NCBI GenBank assembly: GCA_036505435.1
Contig: DASXTN010000312.1
Span: 1-27,519 of the forward strand
Source: Thermoanaerobaculia bacterium
GTDB lineage: Bacteria; Acidobacteriota; Thermoanaerobaculia; UBA5066; Gp7-AA6
DNA: 27,519 nucleotides
Reading direction: 5' to 3'
The notes below the pieces were generated by a model, which was given only the letters and a program-made list of their open reading frames with translations, was not told the origin of the DNA and searched no databases. The position numbers were made by a program, and so were the translations under genes. This document shows, in pieces, positions 1-7,739 of this stretch (its first letter is position 1; the number at the start of each line of letters is the position of its first letter).

Positions 1-21
1 GAGAGCGGCCGTGTTCTTCAT
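1..21 (-). CDS. Possible start of a gene running off the left edge (MKNTAAL...), perhaps a signal-peptide n-region
   Basis: ATG at 21..19 on the minus strand, just downstream of a sigma54-type promoter. Only 7 codons are visible and there is no clear RBS. Confidence 0.3.
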
Positions 22-41
22 GGCGATCGCCAGCCACAAGC

Positions 42-56
42 GCAAAGCCGCTGCCA
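42..56 (-). promoter_or_regulatory. Sigma54 (-24/-12) promoter
   Basis: Minus strand reads TGGCAGCGGCTTTGC, matching TGGCA-N6-TTGC with correct GG/GC spacing. It lies ~230 bp downstream of a sigma54 activator gene. Confidence 0.6.
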
Positions 57-143
57 GCGGTGCCTCGCACTGCCGGAGCGGTCGAACTGGCTGAGGGCAG
101 AGGGTTTGGCGGGGAATGACGGACAGATCGAGCCGGGCGGGAC

Positions 144-259
144 CTGTGTCTGACTGTCACAGATGGCAGCATCGCCAGTACAGCCTCTGACGATAACACT
201 TTTAGAATTAGTATTTCCGCTGGATATGTGACTTTCGGCCGCTATGACGTAGAGTCACA
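144..259. promoter_or_regulatory. Putative enhancer (UAS) dyads and AT-rich spacer upstream of the sigma54 promoter
   Basis: CTGTG-N9-CACAG (144-162), TGTGACT-N19-AGTCACA (227-259) and an AT-rich tract (~193-216), about 90-200 bp upstream of -24. Confidence 0.35.
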
Positions 260-284
260 ACCGGGGAATCGGGAAGACGAGGCC

Positions 285-1793
285 TCAGCGGCCGAGATAT
301 TTCTTGCGGTACAGGGTCCGGCGACTGATTCCGAGGAGTCGCGCCGCGCGACTCTTGTTTCCTCCGGCGAGCTTCAGCACACGCTGCACGTGGCGCTCCT
401 CGAGATCGCGGAGGTTCGCTGGCGCGGTCTCTCCCGAGTACGCGACCTCCGGAACCTCCGGGGCGAGGGAAGGGAGCCACTGCAGGTCTTCCCGGTGAAT
501 CACGTCGCCTTGTGAAAGTGCGGCGGCGCCCTCGAGTACGTTCTCGAGCTCGCGGATGTTGCCGGGGTAATCGTGGGCCAGCAGTGACGCGAACGCGTCG
601 CGGTCGACGTGCGGCACCTCGCGGCCGTCGCGCGCCGCGAAGCGCTCGAGGAAGTGCCGTACGAGCTTCGGAATGTCTTCGCGGCGCTCGCGAAGCGGAG
701 GGAGCGGAATCTCGACGACGCGCAGGCGGTAATAGAGATCTTCACGAAACTCGCCCCGCGCGATTCGTTCGAGAAGGCGGGCGTGCGTGGCTGCGAGAAC
801 GCGGACGTCGATCGGGATACGACGCCGTCCCCCGACCCGTTCGATCTCCCGCTCCTGAAGGACGCGCAACAGCTTGGCCTGAAGGGGAAGCGGCATGTCG
901 CCGATCTCGTCCAAAAAGAGCGTGCCGCCGTGAGCGATCTCGAACTTGCCGACTCGCGCCTCGACCCCGGTCGCGACGCCGCGCTCGATGCCGAACAGCT
1001 CGGACTCGAGAAGCGGCTCCGGCAGCGCCGCACAGTTGATCGGAACGAACGGCTTCTCCGCGCGATCGCTGCGCGCATGAATCATGCGCGCGACGAGCTC
1101 TTTGCCGGTACCGCTCTCACCGGTCAACAGCACCGAGATCTTCGAGGTCGCGACGCGGCCGACGAGATCGAGCACGCGCCGCGCGGCCGGAGAGTCACCG
1201 ATGAAGAGCCGGCCCGCCGCCGAGCGCCCCGTCTCGTCCAGAAGTCGTCGATTCTCTTCCTCGAGGCGTTCCCGCTCGCGGGTCAAGCGCTCCAGGTGGC
1301 GCCGGTTTTCGATCGCCATCCCCGAGAGACCGGCGAGGGAGGCCAGAAATCGCGCGTCTTCGTCGTCGAACGACGCGCGTCCGCCGCGCCGCTGCTCCTT
1401 GTCGGCGAGCACGAGGACGCCGACGGGCCGTCCCCCCGCCCGAATGGCCATGCCGATCGCGGCCAGCACCGGCGTCCGGAGGAACCGGAACCGTTCCCGA
1501 ATGATCGCGCCGTCCGATCTCAGGACTTCGCGGAGGAAGTCGTCCTCGGCGACGACGGACTCCGGCTGCCGCCGCGGGAACCCGACGCGAGCCTCCGCCT
1601 TCCGAGCCCCACTGTCGCCGAAGGTGGCGAGATAGCCGCGCGACGCGTCGAGGACGCCGACCGCCCGGCCGAGAACGTCTTCGACCAGTGCATCCTCGCT
1701 CGGAAGCGAGCCGAGCGAGAGCCCGGCGTCGTACAGCGTTTCGAGGAGGAGGAGCTTGTGCTGAGTTTCGAAGTGCGGGGTCGCCCGGTCCAT
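285..1793 (-). CDS. Sigma54-dependent transcriptional activator (GAF - AAA+ - Fis-type HTH)
   Basis: Walker A GESGTGKE, INCAAL...ESELFG, Walker B FLDEIG, REDLYYRL, PGNIRELEN, and C-terminal GNKSRAARLLGISRRTLYRK. N-terminal GAF-like region. Start moved from 1880 to the ATG at 1793, which overlaps the upstream TAA (TAATG). Confidence 0.93.
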   Translation of the reverse strand: MDRATPHFETQHKLLLLETLYDAGLSLGSLPSEDALVEDVLGRAVGVLDASRGYLATFGDSGARKAEARVGFPRRQPESVVAEDDFLREVLRSDGAIIRERFRFLRTPVLAAIGMAIRAGGRPVGVLVLADKEQRRGGRASFDDEDARFLASLAGLSGMAIENRRHLERLTRERERLEEENRRLLDETGRSAAGRLFIGDSPAARRVLDLVGRVATSKISVLLTGESGTGKELVARMIHARSDRAEKPFVPINCAALPEPLLESELFGIERGVATGVEARVGKFEIAHGGTLFLDEIGDMPLPLQAKLLRVLQEREIERVGGRRRIPIDVRVLAATHARLLERIARGEFREDLYYRLRVVEIPLPPLRERREDIPKLVRHFLERFAARDGREVPHVDRDAFASLLAHDYPGNIRELENVLEGAAALSQGDVIHREDLQWLPSLAPEVPEVAYSGETAPANLRDLEERHVQRVLKLAGGNKSRAARLLGISRRTLYRKKYLGR

Positions 1794-3181
1794 TACTTCG
1801 CCGACGCGAGCACCCGTGCGCGCCGAACCTCGGCCACGGTTTGCTCCGCCGGACGCGTCGGGGCCCAGCTCGGGTTCCATCGGTGGTTCTCCTCCAGAAG
1901 CTTTTCCGCGCGCTCGAGCTCCCCGTGTCGGGCGAGCAGGGCCGCGAGCTGCGCTCTGGCCTCGTAGACCATGAGTCGCCCCTCGAATCCCTCCCAGCCG
2001 TTCGGCGGAGACGCCATCTCTTCGTAGAGAGAGATCGCCTCGTCGTTCTTGCCGAGGGCGACCTTCGCCCGCGCCATCAGGTAGTTCCAGCCCGGGTGGT
2101 AGGGCTTGTAATTCGGCCTCTTGCTCCGCTTCACGATCTCCTCGTAGAGCTTTGGACGGATTTCCAAGAGGCGCCGTTCGGCTTCCGCGGGACGACCTTC
2201 CAACAGGTCGCGTCCGGCGTCGAGGAGAGGGCGGTAGAGCTCGATCATCGGGTTCTTCGGAAGAGCCTGGATGCGCGCGAAGGCCGATTCGGCCGCGGCC
2301 TGGTCCCGCGAGCGGAGAGCCACGCGAAGCACTTTCGCAAGGTAGTTGAAGCGGTCCATGTCGAGCGGGACGTGCTCCGCCGCCTTGAAGTAGCTCTCGA
2401 TCGCCTTTGCGTCCTCCCCCTTTCCCTCGTAGGCGACCCCGAGGTGGTCGTACGCGGGGTAGAAGTCGGGCTTGATCGTCAGCGCCCGGTTCAGATTCGC
2501 GATGGCCTCGTCGTAATGGCCCGAGTACGCCTGAATCTCCCCGAGACTGTCGTGCGGGTTTGCCTGATCCGGCGCCATGAACTGGTACTTCTTCAAGCTC
2601 TCGATCGCCTTTTCGTAGTCGCCGCGATAACCGTGGTGGTAGCCGATCAGGTTGTAGGCATCGGCGTTGTTCGGGTCTGCCTCGAGCAGCCGAGCGAAAA
2701 CCTTGAGCGCCTCATCGTCGTGACCGAGCCCCTTTTCGTGGTGGGCGATGATCGAGGCAGCTCGAAAGTCGTTCGGGTACCGGCTCAGAATCTCCCGAGC
2801 AACTTTCAACTGCTCGTCCGGCCCTTTCTCTCGAGCGGCGAGCTGCAGGTCGATCTGCAGGCGCTCGCGCTCGTTCAACCGGCTCCGGAGGCGATTGGCG
2901 CGGCGCAGCAGCGAGAGCGACTGCTCCTTTTCCGCAAAGCGGGCGAGGCCCGCCATGGCCATGCTGAACTCGGGGTCCAGCTCCAGTGCCTTCGCGAAGC
3001 CGGCCTGGGCCTCCTTGAAATAGAAGCGGCGCTCGTTCTCGACCGCTTCGCGGTAAGCGCGGTACGCCCCCTCGGACGAGGTCGTGACCTCGCGCCGGTT
3101 GGTGAGCAGGAGCGCCGCCGCCACCCCGACGGCGGCGAGCAGGAAGACTCCGAACAGAGGAATCGCGCGGCGCTTCGTCAT
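1793..3181 (-). CDS. Membrane-anchored tetratricopeptide-repeat (TPR) protein
   Basis: N-terminal basic + hydrophobic anchor (MTKRRAIPLFGVFLLAAVGVAAALLL). Repeated TPR signatures: ALELDPEF, LLEADPNNADAYNLIG, PDQANPHDSLGE, ALTIKPDFYPAYDHLG. Confidence 0.85.
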   Translation of the reverse strand: MTKRRAIPLFGVFLLAAVGVAAALLLTNRREVTTSSEGAYRAYREAVENERRFYFKEAQAGFAKALELDPEFSMAMAGLARFAEKEQSLSLLRRANRLRSRLNERERLQIDLQLAAREKGPDEQLKVAREILSRYPNDFRAASIIAHHEKGLGHDDEALKVFARLLEADPNNADAYNLIGYHHGYRGDYEKAIESLKKYQFMAPDQANPHDSLGEIQAYSGHYDEAIANLNRALTIKPDFYPAYDHLGVAYEGKGEDAKAIESYFKAAEHVPLDMDRFNYLAKVLRVALRSRDQAAAESAFARIQALPKNPMIELYRPLLDAGRDLLEGRPAEAERRLLEIRPKLYEEIVKRSKRPNYKPYHPGWNYLMARAKVALGKNDEAISLYEEMASPPNGWEGFEGRLMVYEARAQLAALLARHGELERAEKLLEENHRWNPSWAPTRPAEQTVAEVRRARVLASAK

Positions 3182-3190
3182 CGCTCACCG

Positions 3191-3292
3191 ATGATACGGC
3201 GCTTCCGGGCCGAGGTTTCGGTTCGGCGGCCGTGCGCGACGGTCGAGAACCCCCGAAGCGGCAGAGATTTGCCGGAGAAAGGCCATTTGCCG
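3191..3292 (-). promoter_or_regulatory. Putative promoter of the TPR-activator operon with upstream dyad/direct repeat
   Basis: -10-like TATCAT (3196-3191); dyad CGGCA-N6-TGCCG (3259-3274); ATTTGCCG repeated at 3267 and 3285. No consensus -35. Confidence 0.35.
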
Positions 3293-3347
3293 AAAACCGG
3301 GGACCGGGTCGGTTCTTCTCGGGATGGGACCGGGCGAGGATCGGGCG

Positions 3348-5897
3348 TCATTCCACCCTCATGAACAGGAAGGTCATGTCGTCGTACTGCTCGGCCCCGC
3401 CCACGTGCGCGTGGATGTCCGCAAGGAGCCCGCGGGCGATCTCGTCCAAGGGCGCGTTGCGCCGGACTTCGAGAGACTGCATGAGCCGCTCCTCTCCGAA
3501 CGGGTTCATCGCGCCGTCCATCGCCTCGGTGAAACCGTCGGTGTAGAAGAAGAGCAAGTCGCCGCGTTTCAAGAAGAACTCTCGCGTGTCGTAGGGCACT
3601 TCCTTGAACGCGCCGAGCGGCAGCCGGTGGTTCGGGGGCTCTAAGAACCGGGGCCCACCGTCGCCGGATCGGAAGATCATCGGCAGCGGCTGTCCGCCGA
3701 TCGCGTACCGCAGGCTCATCGCGTCGGGATCGAGCAGGAAATACCCGAGCGAGACGAACATGCGCCGCTTGATCGAGTAAATGCGGCGGTTCGACTCCTG
3801 AAAGAGCCGCCCCGGGTCGCGCGTCGTCAGGGCGCGCGAATAGACGATTTCCTTCGAAGCGACCATGAGAAGCGAGGCGGGAACGGACTTTCCCGAGACG
3901 TCGCCGATCACGACGCCGAGACGCCGATCGTCGAACGAGATGAAATCGTAGAAGTCGCCACCGACCACCTTCGCGGGCAGGCTGCCGCCGAGAAAGGAGA
4001 AGCCGGAGACGGACGGCAGGGACCGAGGCAACAGACTCGTCTGGATGTCGCGCGCGATCTCGAGATCGCGCCGCAGCTCCGCTTGCCGCGTCATCTCGTC
4101 ATGAAGGATCGCCGTCTCGATCGCGAGCGCCGACTGGTTCGCCAGCGTCGAGAGCAGCGTCTGATCATCCCGGTCGAATCGCTCGCCGGAAAGCTTCTCT
4201 TTCAGCGCGAGGATTCCCATCAGCCGTTCTCGATAGGCGAGCGGGACGAGCAGATGGTACCCCTCCGCGATGACGCGCTCGCAGAACCGCCGGCTCTCCG
4301 GGTCGCTCACGCGTTGTGAGAGGTCCTCCGGCGGGGCGGCTTTCCCTTCCTGGCGCAGGATCCGGCGAACCTCGGCGGTTGGGGAGATTCGGTCCTCGCG
4401 CCGGCCGCGCCGCTCCAGCCACCCTTCCGCGTCGCGCAGCCAGATCGAAGCCTTCTCGAGCCGCATCGTCCCCGCGACGCGTCCCGTCAGAAAGTCGGCG
4501 ATCTTTCCGAGGTCGAGCTCTCCGGTGATCGCCTCGCTCATGTCGAGGAGCGCCTTCTGGTAATCGAATTTTTCGCGGAAGAAGAGCTTGTCGAGCGGCG
4601 TCTGGAGCTTTCTTCGGAGGACCTCGAAGAGCGAGATGCCCACGAGGAAGAATCCGAAGTTGAACAGCGGGGAGGACGAGAGCCGTGATTCGGCGAAGAT
4701 GACGTTCGCCATCGCGACGGCGAGGGCATAGACCCCGAGCAGAATCGCCGTCGTCGCCGCATAGAGGAACGTCCGGCGAACGATCACGCGCACGTTCAGC
4801 ATCTGAAAGCGCACGATTGCGTACGCGAACGTGAGCGGGATGAAGATCATCGGAACGATGCCGTAGAAGACGTAGTCCTCGATGTTGAATGCAGACGGCA
4901 ACACGATTCCGAACAGCACGAAAGGTGCGATCCCGACGATCGTTCCGATGAAGACGTGGAAGGCCTGCCTCCGCTCGCGGGCGTCGGGAAGCGTGAACGC
5001 GGAGTGGGCGAGCGCGATCAGGCCGAGGACGAGGTAGTCACCGAGGAGCACCCAGGAAGAGAGCGGCGCACCGGAAAGGATGGCGACGCGGTGGCCACGC
5101 AGCTGCCGCATGACGTCGTACAGGAAGACGACCGGCGGGATCGAGTACAGAAGGTAGAAGAGCCCGGTGCTCGCCGAGAGGAAGTCCTGCAGTTTCTCTT
5201 TCCAGCGAGGTGGAGGCTCCCCCGTCCACTCGTCCAGCCGAGCGAACGCGAACTCCTTGGGGCGCGGAAAAATCAGGAAGAAGTGGAGAAAAACGGCCGG
5301 AAGCAGGAACAGGCTCACGGTCCCCGTGTTCTGTACGAAGAGATCAATCCACCAGTAGGACGCCGGCCGCAGCCGGCACACGAAGAACAAGAGAAAAAGG
5401 ACGCAGAGCAGGAAAAAGATGCGCGCCGCACGGTCCTCCGGACGGCGGTTGAACACGAAGAAACCGATGAAAAAGAAGAGGAATCCGAGGCCGGCCGAGT
5501 AGAGGTAGGTCGTTCCCCCCAACCGCTCCGAAGAAAGGCGAACGGGCGCCGTGTGAAGTTCTCCGCGTGTCTCGCCACCACACCGGCCCCGCTGGTAGAG
5601 GTAGGACACGGTTTCGCCGATCGCGTGCTTGCGGAGCTCCGCCGAGGCGTCCGAGGTCGAGTTGACCAGGCGCTTTCCGATGCCGAGGACACAATCCCCG
5701 GTGCGGATCCCCGCCACGTCGGCCGGGCTGCGCGAGGCTGCGGCCCGCACCTCGATCCCGCCACGGCTGTAAGGGACCGGGACTATTCCGTCGTAGGGAC
5801 GCGGCGCGAACATGTCCGCGATCGAAGCGATCGCGAGCGCGAGCCCGGCGAAGCCGATCGCGAGGTACAGCGCACGGCCTCGCGCGGAATTCGTCAT
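3348..5897 (-). CDS. Membrane PP2C/SpoIIE-family Ser/Thr phosphatase (TM - PDZ - multi-TM - GAF - PP2C)
   Basis: PP2C motifs VVGGDFYDF, IGDVSGK, YTDGFTEA, QYDDMT. PDZ-like SPADVAGIRTGDCVLGI. About 10 hydrophobic segments and a GAF-like region (LLVPL...LMGILAL...LSTLANQSALAIE). Confidence 0.9.
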   Translation of the reverse strand: MTNSARGRALYLAIGFAGLALAIASIADMFAPRPYDGIVPVPYSRGGIEVRAAASRSPADVAGIRTGDCVLGIGKRLVNSTSDASAELRKHAIGETVSYLYQRGRCGGETRGELHTAPVRLSSERLGGTTYLYSAGLGFLFFFIGFFVFNRRPEDRAARIFFLLCVLFLLFFVCRLRPASYWWIDLFVQNTGTVSLFLLPAVFLHFFLIFPRPKEFAFARLDEWTGEPPPRWKEKLQDFLSASTGLFYLLYSIPPVVFLYDVMRQLRGHRVAILSGAPLSSWVLLGDYLVLGLIALAHSAFTLPDARERRQAFHVFIGTIVGIAPFVLFGIVLPSAFNIEDYVFYGIVPMIFIPLTFAYAIVRFQMLNVRVIVRRTFLYAATTAILLGVYALAVAMANVIFAESRLSSSPLFNFGFFLVGISLFEVLRRKLQTPLDKLFFREKFDYQKALLDMSEAITGELDLGKIADFLTGRVAGTMRLEKASIWLRDAEGWLERRGRREDRISPTAEVRRILRQEGKAAPPEDLSQRVSDPESRRFCERVIAEGYHLLVPLAYRERLMGILALKEKLSGERFDRDDQTLLSTLANQSALAIETAILHDEMTRQAELRRDLEIARDIQTSLLPRSLPSVSGFSFLGGSLPAKVVGGDFYDFISFDDRRLGVVIGDVSGKSVPASLLMVASKEIVYSRALTTRDPGRLFQESNRRIYSIKRRMFVSLGYFLLDPDAMSLRYAIGGQPLPMIFRSGDGGPRFLEPPNHRLPLGAFKEVPYDTREFFLKRGDLLFFYTDGFTEAMDGAMNPFGEERLMQSLEVRRNAPLDEIARGLLADIHAHVGGAEQYDDMTFLFMRVE

Positions 5898-5974
5898 GTC
5901 AGCGAGTACGCACCAAAACTGGCAATGTTAGCCGAGGGCGCGGGGCCGAACGGATAGCTGATAGCTTCCTTTCG

Positions 5975-6598
5975 ATGCCGTTCGTCACGTTCGAGGGCGT
6001 CGAGGGCTCGGGAAAAACGACCCAGCTCAAGATGGCGGCCGCCCGCCTGAAGGAAGTGGGCCGGCCGGTGCTCGCGACCCGGGAGCCGGGAGGCACGCGG
6101 ATCGGGCGGATTCTGCGCGCGATCCTCTTGAAGAAGGCGCACCGAGAGCTCGACCCCGTGACCGAATGGCTTCTTTTCGAGGCCGACCGGCGCCAGCACG
6201 TCCGAGAAATTCTTCGTCCCGCGCTCGACCGCGGTCTCTTCGTCCTCTGCGATCGGTTCTCCGACGCGACCGAGGCCTACCAACAAGTCGGCCGCCGGCT
6301 GAACGGACGTCTCGTTCGTCGGGTCGACGAGCTCGCGCGCGACGGGCTCCTCCCCGACTTGACGCTTCTCTACGACGTCGACCCTCGCGAAGGATTGACT
6401 CGTGCGAGTCGGCGCGGGGCGCGCGGAATCGGACGGTTCGAGGAGACCGAGCTCGCGTTCCACGAAAGCGTACGGAGGGCATACCTCGCGATCGCGAAGA
6501 GAGCGCCGGACCGTGTCCGCGTTCTCGACGCCCACCGGCCGGTTCGAGCGCTCTTCCGCGAGACGTGGAGAGCGCTCGCGGAGCACTTCCAGCTTTGA
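5975..6598 (+). CDS. tmk: Thymidylate kinase (dTMP kinase)
   Basis: FVTFEGVEGSGKTTQ P-loop, TREPGG, LCDRFSDATEAYQ, PDLTLLYDVD; adjacent to holB. Confidence 0.96.
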   Translation: MPFVTFEGVEGSGKTTQLKMAAARLKEVGRPVLATREPGGTRIGRILRAILLKKAHRELDPVTEWLLFEADRRQHVREILRPALDRGLFVLCDRFSDATEAYQQVGRRLNGRLVRRVDELARDGLLPDLTLLYDVDPREGLTRASRRGARGIGRFEETELAFHESVRRAYLAIAKRAPDRVRVLDAHRPVRALFRETWRALAEHFQL

Positions 6599-7551
6599 GC
6601 GTCTTCGTTTTCCCACCGCTGCTCGAACGGCTCGCCGACCGGCCCGACCAGTTTCCGGGAGCGCTCCTCCTCCACGCAACCTCCGAGAGGCCGCTCGAAG
6701 AACGGTCGCTTTCTCTCGGGGCGTTCCTGCTCTGCCCCGGCGACGATCCCGAGCTTCGGTGCCAGTCGTGCCGACGCGCCCGCGAAAGCTTCCATCCCGA
6801 CCTGCTGACGGTCGAACCCGAGGGAGTTCAGATCCGCGTCGACCGCGTTCGGGAAGCGATCGCGTTCGGAATGGGAAAGCCCTACGAGAGCGCCCGCCGG
6901 GTCGTTCGGATTTCGCGCGCGGAGCTCCTGGGTGTCGAGGCGGCGAACGCTCTCTTGAAGTCGCTCGAGGAGCCCGGCTCGCGCCTGCACTGGATCCTGA
7001 CGACCACGCGCCCCGAAGCGCTGCTTTCGACGATCCGGTCCCGCTGTCTCGCGCTGCGCATCGCCGCTCCGACCACCCGCGACCGCGCGCGGGAGTGGCG
7101 CGAAGCGGGATTCTCGGACGCGGACGCCGCAGACCTCGCGATTTTCGCCCTCGAGACCGAAGATGCCCGCTCCGATCGGCTCGAGCAGGCGCGCCGGTTC
7201 CGTTCCGACGCTGTGGACGCCCTCCGCGCGGGGATCGTCGAGGGAAAACTGGCGGCTCTCGTGCTCCTCGCCGAGAGACTCGGGCGCGCGGAGACGGACG
7301 AGCTCCGTGTTTTCGGTGAGCTGCTCGCTGACTCCGCGCTCGTCGCTGCCGGAGTCTCCGCCGAGCTCGTGCGACATCGCGCGGTCGTGGGACCGCTCTC
7401 GGAGATCGGCCGCAGCGTCGGCGCGTCGGCTCTCCAGAAGGCCGCGCTCGCTGCCGCCGATTCTCCGCCGGACACCCGGCGGGGAAACCGGCGTCTGCAC
7501 TTCGAGAAGTTGCTCCTGGTGTTGGCCGTTGCGGCGCGGTCGCCGCGCTAG
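6595..7551 (+). CDS. holB: DNA polymerase III subunit delta'
   Basis: HPDLL, IRVDRVRE, AANALLKSLEEP, LLSTIRSRC (SRC motif); conserved tmk-holB order. Probable TTG start at 6595 overlapping the tmk stop (TTGA). The ORF-track start at 6166 is spurious. Confidence 0.88.
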   Translation: MSVFVFPPLLERLADRPDQFPGALLLHATSERPLEERSLSLGAFLLCPGDDPELRCQSCRRARESFHPDLLTVEPEGVQIRVDRVREAIAFGMGKPYESARRVVRISRAELLGVEAANALLKSLEEPGSRLHWILTTTRPEALLSTIRSRCLALRIAAPTTRDRAREWREAGFSDADAADLAIFALETEDARSDRLEQARRFRSDAVDALRAGIVEGKLAALVLLAERLGRAETDELRVFGELLADSALVAAGVSAELVRHRAVVGPLSEIGRSVGASALQKAALAAADSPPDTRRGNRRLHFEKLLLVLAVAARSPR

Positions 7552-7576
7552 TTCTCAGCTCTCCAGCTGGACGCGG

Positions 7577-7734
7577 TTTTCGAAGGAACAACGGGGAGGC
7601 CCTCCGACCCGGCGGGATCGGAAGGATTCGGGAAGAGTGCGGACCTGGGAGCTACCGAAACTGGCAGAAGGTGGGGTCAACCACCATGACAGACGCCGCC
7701 GGGTGTTCGCGCCTCCCCGTAATTCCTTCGAGAG
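7577..7734 (-). ncRNA. Candidate structured small RNA (rod-like hairpin), family not recognised
   Basis: Three stacked perfect helices: 7580-7588/7723-7731 (9 bp), 7591-7600/7711-7720 (10 bp), 7607-7615/7696-7704 (9 bp), enclosing 80 nt. A TATACT -10 box sits at the expected distance upstream on the minus strand. Confidence 0.45.
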
Positions 7735-7739
7735 GGGTC

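Noticed and set aside
1794-1880. Extended ORF-track starts (1880, 6166, 8874, 11495, 16164, 16823, 19926)
   Set aside because: The extensions overlap neighbouring genes. Downstream starts with coupled stop/start overlaps, an SD or a domain boundary fit better.
609-3364. Long plus-strand ORFs (609..1967, 1688..3364) and similar ones at 4956..5957, 12057..13715, 14865..16730, 19982..21613, 22586..24082, 26121..27455
   Set aside because: Antisense shadows of well-supported minus-strand genes. They are R/A/G/P-rich with no motifs, as expected in high-GC DNA.
5920-5932. TGGCAATGTTAGC as a sigma54 promoter for tmk
   Set aside because: GG-to-GC spacing is 2 nt too short, and sigma54 spacing is strict.
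5953-5966. Tandem GATAGCT duplication before tmk
   Set aside because: Only two 7-mers with no supporting context; likely chance or a trivial duplication.
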